A stretch of 58,054 nt of DNA, taken from Synechococcales cyanobacterium bin2.concoct.b11b12b14.033 (GTDB lineage Bacteria; Cyanobacteriota; Vampirovibrionia; Caenarcaniphilales; Caenarcanaceae). Below, piece by piece: positions 19,444 to 29,498 of this stretch. The notes under the pieces are model-generated. The model worked only from the letters and a program-made list of their open reading frames with translations, was not told where the DNA came from and ran no database searches. A program made the position numbers and the translations under genes. The stretch lies in assembly GCA_013298875.1 (NCBI GenBank), contig JAAFJH010000002.1:1-58054 (forward strand), given 5' to 3'. How positions within the stretch are numbered: position 1 is the first letter of the stretch; every line of letters begins with the position of its first letter.

Positions 19444-19567
19444 AAATAAATAAACCAATATTTTCCAAACTTCATTTTTGTGGCTGCGAAGGAATATCCG
19501 CAATGTTTATAGACATTCAAAAACAGACTTAGATATTTTCAAGAAAGCTTCAAAACCTCACCCCCAG

Positions 19568-19598
19568 CCCCTCTCCGAACTCAAAGAGGGGAGTTTTT
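19568..19598 (+). terminator. GC-rich hairpin plus T-run (probable terminator of the HEPN/MNT operon)
   Basis: CCCCTCT (19568..19574) pairs with AGAGGGG (19585..19591), followed by AGTTTTT. It lies between convergent genes. Confidence 0.5.
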
Positions 19599-19619
19599 AA
19601 AACACTTTATTCCCCTTCA

Positions 19620-19988
19620 TCACTGCTTCTTTGGGGGGCTAAAGATAAAATCCAAAACTGCTCTGGGAAGGTCATTAAGTACATTTTCAACAAGAACAAT
19701 CAATTGTTCGTTAGTTGGTGCTTGCCCAGTTTCGCCAGAATCAGAATAACTAACATTTGCTACTTCACCACTTTCTAAATTAACCGAAGCATCCACTGAA
19801 TCATTTTTACTTTTCATTTCAACTGACAAAATATTTGAGCCTTGTCCGGGAGGGAGGGATAAATTAATAATTCTTCTTTGATTCTGTAAGTTTTTAAAAC
19901 GATATTGGGCTGTTTTGTCTGCTGTTAATTGTCTCTGAATATTTTGAAGGTGTAGTAAAGCATTTGCACTAATTGCACCAATAACCAT
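19620..19988 (-). CDS. Hypothetical protein
   Basis: 122 aa ORFan. Its N-terminus MVIGAISANALLHLQNIQRQL...LSLPPGQGSN shares short ordered motifs with the 15017 ORF (see findings). Confidence 0.45.
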   Translation of the reverse strand: MVIGAISANALLHLQNIQRQLTADKTAQYRFKNLQNQRRIINLSLPPGQGSNILSVEMKSKNDSVDASVNLESGEVANVSYSDSGETGQAPTNEQLIVLVENVLNDLPRAVLDFIFSPPKKQ

Positions 19989-20188
19989 AATTAATTTGCA
20001 ATTCGTATTTATGTAATTATTTTAACTTAAACATAAAAATTTTCGGTGTAAAAATTGATTATAATCCAAATAAATTTAAGGGTTTCGGCTAAATTATTGC
20101 TTGTTTAGCCTTAAGAGCATAGTAAGCCCTATTTCAAAACTAAATTTAATGGGCAAAGTTAAAAAAGAATAGTTTTTTTATTACGTGA

Positions 20189-21172
20189 ATGCTTCCTACT
20201 GCCCCCCTTTTAGACAATTCACCCCTAAATTCTTTGCAAGATCCAATTCAAGATCCGCAAACTGAAGAACTGGAACTAAAGAGTCAAATTACTAGTTTAA
20301 TTAAAAACTATACTCATACTTTAAAGAAAATACCTTTACTTAATCCGCTTGAAGAAATTGAATTAGCCCGAATTTATAAGCAAAATAAAAATACTCCCTC
20401 AGCTCTGAAAGCACGTGAAAAACTTATTTTAGCCAATTTAAGATTAGTAATTAGCTTAGCAAAAAAATACTCAGAATTAAATACTAACTTTGAATTAACA
20501 GACCTAATCCAGGAAGGGAATTTAGGATTATTAAAAGCAGTTGAAAAATACGATCCAGAGCTTGGTTATAGATTTTCCACTTATGCTACCTGGTGGATTA
20601 GACAAGCTATACTCAGCGGCATTGCTGAACGTTCACGTTTAATTCGGATTTCAGCTTCTATGCTTGAATTAATGAGTAAATGTCAAAAAGTAAAAGAGTC
20701 TTTATCTAAAGCTTTGCGCCGAGATGCTCTTCCTAGTGAAATTTGTGAGGTTTTGGATATTTCTTTGCAAAAGTTTAGGCAAATTAATTTATTGATTAAT
20801 CAGCAAGAACAAATTATTTCACTTGATCAAAGCGGTAGCTTTTCTTCGGAAGAGAATAATGAAAGTTTTTCCGCCGATATTCCAGACGAATCAATTACAC
20901 CAATGGATGAAGTACTGGAAGCAAAAGCCATTTCTGAGATTTTGAGCAAAGCTTTAGCAATAAGTCTGACTGAAAGAGAAGCTATAATTATAAAAAGTCG
21001 TTATGGTTTTAAAGATAATCAAAAAACTGTACCTTTAGCCGATTTGGCTCATACTTTAGACATAAGTCTCGAAAGAGTAAGACAAATTGAAATTAAAGCC
21101 TTGAGTAAGCTGAAAAGCTATTTAATTTCTTTAACTGGCAGCCAAAATCAAATAAACATTTTAATATTTTAA
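20189..21172 (+). CDS. RNA polymerase sigma-70 factor (RpoD/SigA family)
   Basis: 327 aa. Region 2 shows [49 protein letters not shown]. Regions 3 and 4 show [11 protein letters not shown]...[19 protein letters not shown]. Confidence 0.9.
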   Translation: MLPTAPLLDNSPLNSLQDPIQDPQTEELELKSQITSLIKNYTHTLKKIPLLNPLEEIELARIYKQNKNTPSALKAREKLILANLRLVISLAKKYSELNTNFELTDLIQEGNLGLLKAVEKYDPELGYRFSTYATWWIRQAILSGIAERSRLIRISASMLELMSKCQKVKESLSKALRRDALPSEICEVLDISLQKFRQINLLINQQEQIISLDQSGSFSSEENNESFSADIPDESITPMDEVLEAKAISEILSKALAISLTEREAIIIKSRYGFKDNQKTVPLADLAHTLDISLERVRQIEIKALSKLKSYLISLTGSQNQINILIF

Positions 21173-21223
21173 CTAAACTTTTGCTATCATTCAATTTGGT
21201 TATTACAGAATTTAATTTGTTTT

Positions 21224-23095
21224 ATGTGCGGTATAGTAGGATATATTGGTCAAGATAATGCTTTAGACTATTTAATTAACTCTCTGCGTGTGCTTGAATA
21301 TAGAGGTTATGATTCCAGTGGTGTCGCTATTTATTCGCCTGATGGGCATATTAAAATTATTAAAGCCAAAGGCAAATTAAACAATTTAATTGAGTTAACC
21401 GCCCGAAATCCGCAAAAAGGCAAAATTGGCATTGGCCATACCCGTTGGGCAACTCAAGGAATACCAAGTGATATTAATGCCCATCCTCATGCAAGCTCAG
21501 ACAGCGAAGTAGCCATTGTGCATAATGGGATTATTAATAATTTTCATGAATTAAAAGAAGAATTAATTAAAAATTTCAAAATTACATTTGCTTCTGATAC
21601 AGACAGTGAAGTAATTGCTCACCTTTTGGGGCTTGAATTGAAAGCAGGTTTTAGCTTAAAAAATTCAATGCTAAATATAATCAATAAAATAAAAGGTAGT
21701 TATGCCTTAGCAGCTATCAGCAAAAATGACCCAAATACAATTATTTTAACTTGCCATGATGCACCGATTGTTATAGGAATTGGTAAAGAGAAAGATTTAT
21801 TTTGTGCCAGCGATAGTGCGGCTTTATTGCAATATACTGACCAAATTATTAGGCTTAAAGACAGACAAGTAGCTGAATTAAAATTAAACGGCGAATATTT
21901 AGTCTTTGACGGCAAAACCCAAAAACAAATTACTCCTCAAATCCAAGTTTTAAATGCTGACCCAGTCTCTTTAGATAAGGCTGGCTATAAACATTTTTTG
22001 CTTAAAGAAATTAATGAACAGCCCGCTATTATTCGTAAGCTTTTGGCTCATCATGTTAAAGACAATTTGAAAATCGAATTCGCTGAATTAAAGCCAGAAT
22101 TATTAAAAGATATAAACCGGATTCTGATTTGTGGCTGTGGAACCGCTTTTTATGCTGGTATGATTGGTAAATTAGCTTTAGAGACTTTGGCTAAGATTCC
22201 GGTTGAAATTGAATTTGCTAGTGAGCTTTTAGCCCGCGAAATTTTAGTTGATGAAAAAACTTTAATTATTGCTATTAGCCAATCGGGCGAGACAGCTGAC
22301 ACTTTATTAGCCGTTAAAACAGCTTTAAAAAAAGGAGCTAAACTTTTAGCTATTACTAATCGCTCAGATTCAACTTTATCGGCTTTGGCTGAAGGTGGCA
22401 ATATTTTAATTCAGGCTGGGATTGAAGTTAGTGTGGCCGCTACTAAAAGCTTTACAGCCCAAATGCTTTGCTTATACTTGCTCGCGATAAACTTAGCCGA
22501 AATTCATAATAGCCTTCCATCTGAAAAATTAAATTGGCTAAAAAATGAATTGCGTTATTTGCCTCAAATTATGGAACAAACTCTGGCTCGCAGCGAAACT
22601 TACCGTGAAAAAATATTGCCATATGCTCAGCAAAAAGCTTTTGTATTTTTAGGTCGTAATTTTAATTATCCAATCGCTCTTGAGGGAGCCTTAAAGTTTA
22701 AAGAATTAACTTATATTCAAACAACCGGTTATGCTGCAGGTGAAATGAAACATGGCCCAATTGCTACCATTGATGAGACAACTCCAACATTGTCAATTTT
22801 ATTGCCAGGCTCAACTTATCATAAAACCTTACACAATTGCATTGAAGCTAAAACTCGTGGAGCACCATCTTTAGGCGTAATTGACGATCTGGATAAATCA
22901 GCCAGGCAAGAATTGGATACAGTATTTGAAGTACCTGCTTTGCCTTTTAGCGAAGAATACAAAGAATTTCAAGATTTCTTTTCACCGTTTATTAGTGTTT
23001 TGCCTTTACAATTAATCGCCTATTATTTAGCCGAACACTTAGGCAAAGATGTCGATCAACCCAGAAATTTAGCCAAATCTGTTACGGTAGAATAA
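21224..23095 (+). CDS. glmS: Glutamine--fructose-6-phosphate aminotransferase
   Basis: 623 aa with the MCGIVGY N-terminal nucleophile, two SIS domains (SQSGETADT), and C-terminal QPRNLAKSVTVE. Confidence 0.97.
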   Translation: MCGIVGYIGQDNALDYLINSLRVLEYRGYDSSGVAIYSPDGHIKIIKAKGKLNNLIELTARNPQKGKIGIGHTRWATQGIPSDINAHPHASSDSEVAIVHNGIINNFHELKEELIKNFKITFASDTDSEVIAHLLGLELKAGFSLKNSMLNIINKIKGSYALAAISKNDPNTIILTCHDAPIVIGIGKEKDLFCASDSAALLQYTDQIIRLKDRQVAELKLNGEYLVFDGKTQKQITPQIQVLNADPVSLDKAGYKHFLLKEINEQPAIIRKLLAHHVKDNLKIEFAELKPELLKDINRILICGCGTAFYAGMIGKLALETLAKIPVEIEFASELLAREILVDEKTLIIAISQSGETADTLLAVKTALKKGAKLLAITNRSDSTLSALAEGGNILIQAGIEVSVAATKSFTAQMLCLYLLAINLAEIHNSLPSEKLNWLKNELRYLPQIMEQTLARSETYREKILPYAQQKAFVFLGRNFNYPIALEGALKFKELTYIQTTGYAAGEMKHGPIATIDETTPTLSILLPGSTYHKTLHNCIEAKTRGAPSLGVIDDLDKSARQELDTVFEVPALPFSEEYKEFQDFFSPFISVLPLQLIAYYLAEHLGKDVDQPRNLAKSVTVE

Positions 23096-23117
23096 GCTTA
23101 AAAGAGCAAAAAAATAA

Positions 23118-24797
23118 TTAAAACTTATCTGTTACAGCTCCTTCACTGCTAGCAGAAACTGTTTTTGCATATTTGGCCATAATACCTCTTTGATACTTAA
23201 TATTAGGCTTTTTCCATTTTTCAAGTCTGGATTTAATCTCTTCATCAGTTAAGTGCAAATGAATTAGCTTTTTCTCAGCAGAAATTGTAATAGTATCATC
23301 GTTTTCAATAATAGCAATTACCCCACCATCTTGAGCTTCTGGTGAAACATGGCCGACAACCATACCGTGAGTACCGCCACTGAAGCGTCCATCCGTAATT
23401 AAACCAATATCTTCTCCTAGCCCCTGTCCCATCAAAGCCGCTGTAACCGAAAGCATTTCTTGCATGCCAGGCCCACCTTTTGGTCCTTCATAACGAATAA
23501 TAACAATATTACCTTTTTTAATTTTTTCGGCCTTAATTGAATTAAAAGCTTCAATTTCACTATCAAAAACCTTGGCAGAACCAGTAATTTCAGTTACTTT
23601 TAAACCCGACACTTTAGCGACACAACCTTCGGGAGAAATATTACCCTTTAAAATAACAATTGGACCAGTGCTTCGAAAAGCTTTTTCGATCGGATAAATA
23701 ACTTTTTGTTTGTCAAAATCTAAATTATTAATTTCTTTTAAATTATGCTCTACAGTTTCACCAGTACAAGTAATTAAATCGGTTTTAATTAAACCCTTTT
23801 GCCATAAATATTTCATCAAAATTGGAATGCCACCAATTCGGTCAAAATCAGCTGCTACGTATTTGCCACTGGGCTTTAAGTCAGCTATATGAGCAACTTT
23901 ATCCGCTAAACGGTCAAAATCATTAATATTTAAATCTACTCCAATCGAGCTGGCAATGGCTAATAAATGCAAAACCATATTAGTAGAACCACCCAAAGCT
24001 AAACCAACCACAATGGCGTTTTCAAGGGCTGATTTGCTAATAATTTTTTGGGGTGTAATGCCTTTTTTAATTAATTCAATTACTTGTGTTCCAGCTTGTC
24101 GGGCTTCAGCTGACTTTTTAGCATGGACAGCCGGCATACAAGCACCATTTGGCAAACTCATGCCCATTGCCTCAATCGCAGATGCCATTGTATTGGCCGT
24201 GTACATTCCTCCGCATGAGCCAGGTCCTGGGCAAGCAGCTTTTTCAATGGCTATTAATTCATCTTTTGAAATTTTGCCAGCTTGATATTTACCGACGGCT
24301 TCAAAAATTGAAACAATATCTACATCATTACCATTATGAGAGCCGGCTAAAATAGTGCCACCATAAACAAAAATACTAGGAATATTCATTCTGGCTAAGC
24401 CGATCAAAGCACCTGGCATATTTTTATCGCAACCGCCAATTGCAACTAAACCATCAAAACGCTGTGCAGAACTAACAACTTCAATGCTATCCGCTATAAC
24501 TTCCCGAGAAACAAGACTAAATTTCATGCCCTCATGTCCCATTGAAATTCCGTCTGAGACAGTAATTGTGCCAAAAATTTGCGGGAAACCACCGCCTTCA
24601 TAAACTCCCTTTTCAACTTTTTCGGTTAGGGAATTTAAATGAAAATTGCAAGGTGTAATTGTACTCCAGCCAGAAGCAAGGCCAATAATTGGCTTGTTAA
24701 AATCTTGGTCATTCATACCAACTGCTCTTAACATAGCTCTGGCAGGAGCAGCTTTTTCGCCTTCAGTCATTATTTTAGACTTATGTTTTAATTCCAT
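23118..24797 (-). CDS. ilvD: Dihydroxy-acid dehydratase
   Basis: 559 aa with [22 protein letters not shown], and [12 protein letters not shown]-like [13 protein letters not shown]. Confidence 0.97.
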   Translation of the reverse strand: MELKHKSKIMTEGEKAAPARAMLRAVGMNDQDFNKPIIGLASGWSTITPCNFHLNSLTEKVEKGVYEGGGFPQIFGTITVSDGISMGHEGMKFSLVSREVIADSIEVVSSAQRFDGLVAIGGCDKNMPGALIGLARMNIPSIFVYGGTILAGSHNGNDVDIVSIFEAVGKYQAGKISKDELIAIEKAACPGPGSCGGMYTANTMASAIEAMGMSLPNGACMPAVHAKKSAEARQAGTQVIELIKKGITPQKIISKSALENAIVVGLALGGSTNMVLHLLAIASSIGVDLNINDFDRLADKVAHIADLKPSGKYVAADFDRIGGIPILMKYLWQKGLIKTDLITCTGETVEHNLKEINNLDFDKQKVIYPIEKAFRSTGPIVILKGNISPEGCVAKVSGLKVTEITGSAKVFDSEIEAFNSIKAEKIKKGNIVIIRYEGPKGGPGMQEMLSVTAALMGQGLGEDIGLITDGRFSGGTHGMVVGHVSPEAQDGGVIAIIENDDTITISAEKKLIHLHLTDEEIKSRLEKWKKPNIKYQRGIMAKYAKTVSASSEGAVTDKF

Positions 24798-24879
24798 AAA
24801 TTAACTGAGTTTCTCTTTATATTTTTGAATTGTGACTCATTTTAGCAGTAAAGAAAAAGTAAATTGAATAAAAAATCTT

Positions 24880-26220
24880 TCAAACTTTAATTTGTTCAGG
24901 TATTTTTACTTCGGGTAAATTTTTATTATTTTGCTGAAAGCCAAACCACTGCATAATTGAGCGAGCCAACCGGGTGGGATTATGTCTACCATTATAATCT
25001 TGTAATTTACTTCTAATAATAGGCTCAACACCTAAATCATTAATTGTTTCTAAGTCAATGGGAATTGGTTTTCCTTTATCTAGTTGCCAGCTTTCAGGAG
25101 CATTTAATAAAATTGCATTTAATATATTTTTATTCGTATGTGATTTAATGGCTCTTAAAAAATCGGAAGCTTTATAATTTTGGGTTTCTTTGTCTTGCAC
25201 CAAATTACAAACATAAAGCACTTTTGCTTTGGCTTCTTCAATTGATTTTAGAATTTCGGGAAATAAAAGATTTGGAATAATTGAAGTATAAAGGCTGCCA
25301 GGGCCTAAAATAATCAAATCAGCTTCTTTAATAGCCAATAAACATTCGGGTAAGGCGGCGGAAATATTAGTCGCAAAAATCTTTTTAATTAATTTGCCAC
25401 CTTCGGGTATTTTAGATTCGCCAGAAATAATAGAGCCATCCTCCATTTCAGCTTCCAAATGAACAGCTTTTAATGAAGAGGGCAATACTTTTCCGCCAGT
25501 TCTTAAAATGCGGCTAGCGAGCAAGGAAGCCTGAGCCATGTCACCCAAGCAAATATCACACAGAGCGGCTAAAAATAAATTACCCAAACTATGCCCTTTT
25601 AAACTTCCTAGTGAAAAACGGTATTGAAAGAGGGAAGTCGTTAATTCTTCTTCATCCGATAAAGCCACAATACAATTTCTAATATCTCCGGGAGGGACGA
25701 CTTTTAATTCTTCACGTAATTTGCCCGAGCTTCCGCCATCATCTCCGACCGTTACAATGGCTGTAATATTAGTCGAATAATTTTTTAAACCAATTAATAA
25801 GCTAGACAAGCCAGTTCCGCCACCAATTGCGACAATTTTAGGACCTTGACCTTTTTTTCTGGCTCTTTCAAGGGCTTTTAAAATTGATTGAGGAGTATTT
25901 GCATCACCACCAAAAGAAGAATTATCACGATTGGTAACTTCTAAAAGGGTTTGGAGAATGAGACCCAAGGAAGCAATAATTAGCGAAACACCTAAAATTA
26001 AAATTAAAGGACCACTCAAATGAGCAGGCAGAATATTAGCCACCCATCTTAAAGCCGTCCAAATCATTAAGCTAATATTAGTTAAAGGCCTGAGTTCAAG
26101 AAGTAAAGCAACTCCAAAGGCAATAAAACCAATACCCAAAGAAAATATAATAATCCAACGTTTTAAGCCAGGTAAAAAATATTTGCCATTTAAACGGAAA
26201 CGTAAATTATTAAAAAACAT
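24880..26220 (-). CDS. yvcK: YvcK/CofD-like gluconeogenesis-factor family protein with N-terminal membrane anchor
   Basis: 446 aa. About 110 residues containing three hydrophobic segments precede the UPF0052 core (KIVAIGGGTGLSSLL, IVTVGDDGGSSGKLR, PPGDIRNCIVALS, LGPGSLYTSIIPNLL). Confidence 0.85.
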   Translation of the reverse strand: MFFNNLRFRLNGKYFLPGLKRWIIIFSLGIGFIAFGVALLLELRPLTNISLMIWTALRWVANILPAHLSGPLILILGVSLIIASLGLILQTLLEVTNRDNSSFGGDANTPQSILKALERARKKGQGPKIVAIGGGTGLSSLLIGLKNYSTNITAIVTVGDDGGSSGKLREELKVVPPGDIRNCIVALSDEEELTTSLFQYRFSLGSLKGHSLGNLFLAALCDICLGDMAQASLLASRILRTGGKVLPSSLKAVHLEAEMEDGSIISGESKIPEGGKLIKKIFATNISAALPECLLAIKEADLIILGPGSLYTSIIPNLLFPEILKSIEEAKAKVLYVCNLVQDKETQNYKASDFLRAIKSHTNKNILNAILLNAPESWQLDKGKPIPIDLETINDLGVEPIIRSKLQDYNGRHNPTRLARSIMQWFGFQQNNKNLPEVKIPEQIKV

Positions 26221-26328
26221 CTTTTAAATTAATACATTTTAACCATTTTATATTTTTATACATTTCTTTTTTCAGAAAGATTTTAGTCTAAAATAAAGAA
26301 GATTAGTTAAAAATAAATTTAAATTATA

Positions 26329-27423
26329 ATGCTTCAAGCTGGAATAGTCGGCCTTCCTAATGTGGGCAAATCAACTTTATTTAATGCCTTAACTCAAAAC
26401 AATTCGGCTGAAGCTGCTAATTTCCCATTCTGCACAATTGAACCAAATATCGGTATTGTTAATGTCCCCGATTCAAGGTTAGAAAAACTAAAAGAAATTT
26501 TTAATTCACAAAAAATAATACCAGCCGCTTTTAAATTTGTAGATATTGCCGGCTTAGTTAAAGGTGCTAGTGAGGGAGCGGGGCTTGGGAATAAGTTTTT
26601 GAGTCATATCCGAGAAGTTGATTCAATTGTGCATGTTATTAGATGTTTTGAAGACGAAAATATCCACCACGTAGACGGTTCCGTGAATGCTATTAGAGAT
26701 TTTGAAACTATTAGGCTGGAGCTGGCTTTAGCGGATATGAGCGTTATGCAAAAAAGAATAGAAAAAATTAATAAACAAGCCAAAAGTGGCGATAAAAATT
26801 ATCAGCGGGAATTTGAAATTTTAAGCGAAATAAATAATAATTTTGAAAACCTAAATATTAAATTACCTGAATTAAGCCCAGCAGACACAGCTTTAATTGC
26901 ACATTTAAATTTATTAAGCTTCAAACCATTTATTATTGCAGCCAACTTAAAAGAAGAAGAATTAGCCAAGCCTTTAGACAATCCACATTATTTGACTTTG
27001 AGTAAATATATTGATAAAAACATTCAGTTGATAGCCATTTCAGCCCAAATTGAAGCGGAGTTAATTGAATTGCCTGAAGAAGAAACAAATGAATACTTAA
27101 AAAGTTTGGGTGTTAATGAATCAGGTGTTAAAAGTTTAATTCAGGCTTCATTTAAAGCTTTAGGACTTATGACTTATTTTACTGCCGGTGAGATGGAAGC
27201 TAGAGCCTGGACAATTCCTATTAACTGCAAAGCACCTCAAGCAGCCGGAGCAATTCACACAGACTTTGAAAGAGGCTTTATTAAAGCAGAAGTTGTTGGC
27301 TGGGATGACTTATTAAATTATGGTACAAAACAATTAGCTAAAGATGCTGGAAAAGTAAGATTGGAAGGCAAAGATTATACCGTTCAGGGCGGAGATATTA
27401 TTGAGTTTAAGTTTAATGTTTAG
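26329..27423 (+). CDS. ychF: Ribosome-binding ATPase YchF
   Basis: 364 aa with [30 protein letters not shown] and a C-terminal TGS-like domain ([31 protein letters not shown]). Confidence 0.95.
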   Translation: MLQAGIVGLPNVGKSTLFNALTQNNSAEAANFPFCTIEPNIGIVNVPDSRLEKLKEIFNSQKIIPAAFKFVDIAGLVKGASEGAGLGNKFLSHIREVDSIVHVIRCFEDENIHHVDGSVNAIRDFETIRLELALADMSVMQKRIEKINKQAKSGDKNYQREFEILSEINNNFENLNIKLPELSPADTALIAHLNLLSFKPFIIAANLKEEELAKPLDNPHYLTLSKYIDKNIQLIAISAQIEAELIELPEEETNEYLKSLGVNESGVKSLIQASFKALGLMTYFTAGEMEARAWTIPINCKAPQAAGAIHTDFERGFIKAEVVGWDDLLNYGTKQLAKDAGKVRLEGKDYTVQGGDIIEFKFNV

Positions 27424-27471
27424 GAACAAAATTAATATTCTTACGGTCGGAGTTATATTATATAGACAAAA

Positions 27472-28878
27472 ATGAATAACTCAGAACCACCTCAAATTAG
27501 AGTAAGAATAGAAGATTTCAGAGCCGTTAAAAGTGCGGATATTATTATTGATGGAATTACTGTCGTTACTGGTGAAAATGGTTGTGGAAAAAGCACTTTA
27601 TCTAAATTATTATATTTTTTTTATAAAACAGTTGCTGATTATGATCTATTAGTTTCAGAAGCCGCTAGAAATGAATTAACAGCTCCTCTTTACGTAGCAG
27701 GAAGTTTCTTGTATTCGTGTTTCTCTCCTATACTTCCTAAACCAAGAATTAAAGAAAGTCAAGATAAAAAAGAAGATGAAGATTATGAATGGTATGAAAA
27801 TACTAAGCTATTGTTTTTTGATTTTCACGTAGGCAAGAACAAAGAATTTATTCTGTCAAAAGAGAAGCTTGAACATTTTAATATTACTTTTAATCAAATG
27901 GAAAAAGTCTTTGAAGAGTTTTCTTTAGACAAAAAGCAAGAGAGCGAAACGGAATACAAACTGTTTTTTAATGGATTGAAGCAATTGCAGCGGGATATGA
28001 AAGTGTTGTTAAATGACAAAAGCGAAGAAGAAATATCACCAAGACAAATAATTCCTAATATCAAACAGCTTATAGAATCCAGATTTAAAGAGGCTTTTGA
28101 TAAGATGGAAATGAGACCAGCTAATTTATTTTGGAATGGATTTAAAAGATTGTTCAATGAAAAGAATGAACCTAATCTTGAAATTTATGAATATGAAGAA
28201 CAATTAATATCTCCAGAAAAGAAAGATTTATCACGCTCTTTCTCTGTGGATAAAGTAATTTACATTGATACTCCGATGGCTATTAATGTTAAAAACCAAA
28301 ATGATTACTGGGATGATTTAAATAATTTATTAGAAACCAAAGATAAATCCCCTCTCTTTCAGGAAAATAAACATAGTAATTTATCTGATTTAATTAGTGG
28401 TGGGGTAATTAAAGGCGAAGCTTCTTTTAAAGATGATGTTTTGTCTAGTAAATTTAGTTTTAAACGAGCAGACGGAAAAACATTTGATTTGATGGAATGT
28501 GCTACTGGAATAAAGTCTTTTTCTATATTGCAAATATTACTAAAGAATGGCTCTCTGACAAATAAAACATTATTAATAATAGATGAGCCAGAGTCGCATT
28601 TGCACCCACAATGGATTATTGAATATGCCAGAATTTTAGTACTTTTAAATAAACAAATTGGAGTGAAAATATTTTTAGCAAGCCATGATCCAGACTTGGT
28701 TAGTGCAATTAAGTATATCTCTGAAAAAGAAGAAATTCAAAATAATGTTAATTTCTATTTAGCTGAGAAAGGTGAAGAAGAGTACTTATATAATTACAAA
28801 CACTTAAAACAAGATATAGAGCCTATCTTTGCGTCTTTTAATATTGCTATTGATCTAGTTAATAGATACGGAATTTAA
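27472..28878 (+). CDS. ABC/SMC-like AAA_15/AAA_21-type ATPase with long insert between Walker A and signature/Walker B
   Basis: 468 aa with Walker A VVTGENGCGKSTLSK and a charged helical insert of about 300 aa. Then a signature-like ATGIKSFSIL, Walker B LLIIDEPESHLHPQW, and H-loop LASHDPDL. No transmembrane or transporter partner. Confidence 0.8.
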   Translation: MNNSEPPQIRVRIEDFRAVKSADIIIDGITVVTGENGCGKSTLSKLLYFFYKTVADYDLLVSEAARNELTAPLYVAGSFLYSCFSPILPKPRIKESQDKKEDEDYEWYENTKLLFFDFHVGKNKEFILSKEKLEHFNITFNQMEKVFEEFSLDKKQESETEYKLFFNGLKQLQRDMKVLLNDKSEEEISPRQIIPNIKQLIESRFKEAFDKMEMRPANLFWNGFKRLFNEKNEPNLEIYEYEEQLISPEKKDLSRSFSVDKVIYIDTPMAINVKNQNDYWDDLNNLLETKDKSPLFQENKHSNLSDLISGGVIKGEASFKDDVLSSKFSFKRADGKTFDLMECATGIKSFSILQILLKNGSLTNKTLLIIDEPESHLHPQWIIEYARILVLLNKQIGVKIFLASHDPDLVSAIKYISEKEEIQNNVNFYLAEKGEEEYLYNYKHLKQDIEPIFASFNIAIDLVNRYGI

Positions 28879-28880
28879 AA

Positions 28881-29384
28881 ATGAAATATTGCGAACAAAC
28901 TACAAGAGAACATGAAATAAATAAATTACTAATAATAGCTGTTTATCTTCTATTAATCAGCTTATAGAAAGAGATGATGAAACAAAAACTAATTGTATTT
29001 TTGATAATAATGAAATTGTAATTGATCTTGATGAAGTTGAAAAAGTAATGGCAAAAAGTGAATGTAGAAGCCAATTAAATAAGTCTATGGATATGTGTTT
29101 TGGCTTGATAGGTAAAGAACCAAATAAATATATTCTTTTGGTCGAATTCAGATTTAATTATCAAAATATGAAAAACTTAAACAAAGCTGAGTTAACAGGC
29201 AAAGTAGAAGGTTCCAAAAGACATATTTTAAAAGACAATATGTTAAATCAAAGACGAATATATATTTATTTTCCAGTCTAATTTAAAAGAACAAGCAAGA
29301 TTAAGGTTACAAAGAATGAATCCCAAAGTTCCGAATGAGTATATTGTTATGAGTATTCAAGAACTAAAAGAGAGGTATTTTTAA
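28881..29384 (+). pseudogene. Unknown ~167-codon gene abutting the ATPase, readable only by joining three reading frames
   Basis: The ATG at 28881 lies 2 nt after the ATPase stop. Frame 0 gives MKYCEQTTREHEINKL.. and stops at 28965. Frame 2 is open 28925..29281 (..ITNNSCLSSINQLIERDDETKTNCIFDNNEIVIDLDEVEKVMAKSECRSQLNK..KYILLVEFRFNYQNMKNLNKAELTGKVEGSKRHILKDNMLNQ). Frame 0 is open again 29247..29384 (KDEYIFIFQSNLKEQARLRLQRMNPKVPNEYIVMSIQELKERYF). Both shifts fall in A-rich runs. The track ORF 29048..29281 is the middle fragment. Confidence 0.55.
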
Positions 29385-29498
29385 TTTTATCTTCTTAATT
29401 TAGGTGCCACTTTGTCCCTTAGCTTTATTTTGAAATTATTTAATTCATTTTTGGGCTATATATAATAATTAAGTTTTTTAATTTTTTAATATTTAAGC

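Noticed and set aside
21173-21223. glmS ribozyme upstream of glmS
   Set aside because: Only about 50 nt separate the sigma-factor stop from the glmS start, which is too short for the ribozyme. No conserved core sequence is visible.
29048-29281. 77-aa ORF as an independent gene
   Set aside because: Its frame is open well upstream of the ATG, back to 28925. The flanking frames continue with protein-like sequence on both sides. It is better explained as the middle fragment of a frameshifted ~167-codon gene.
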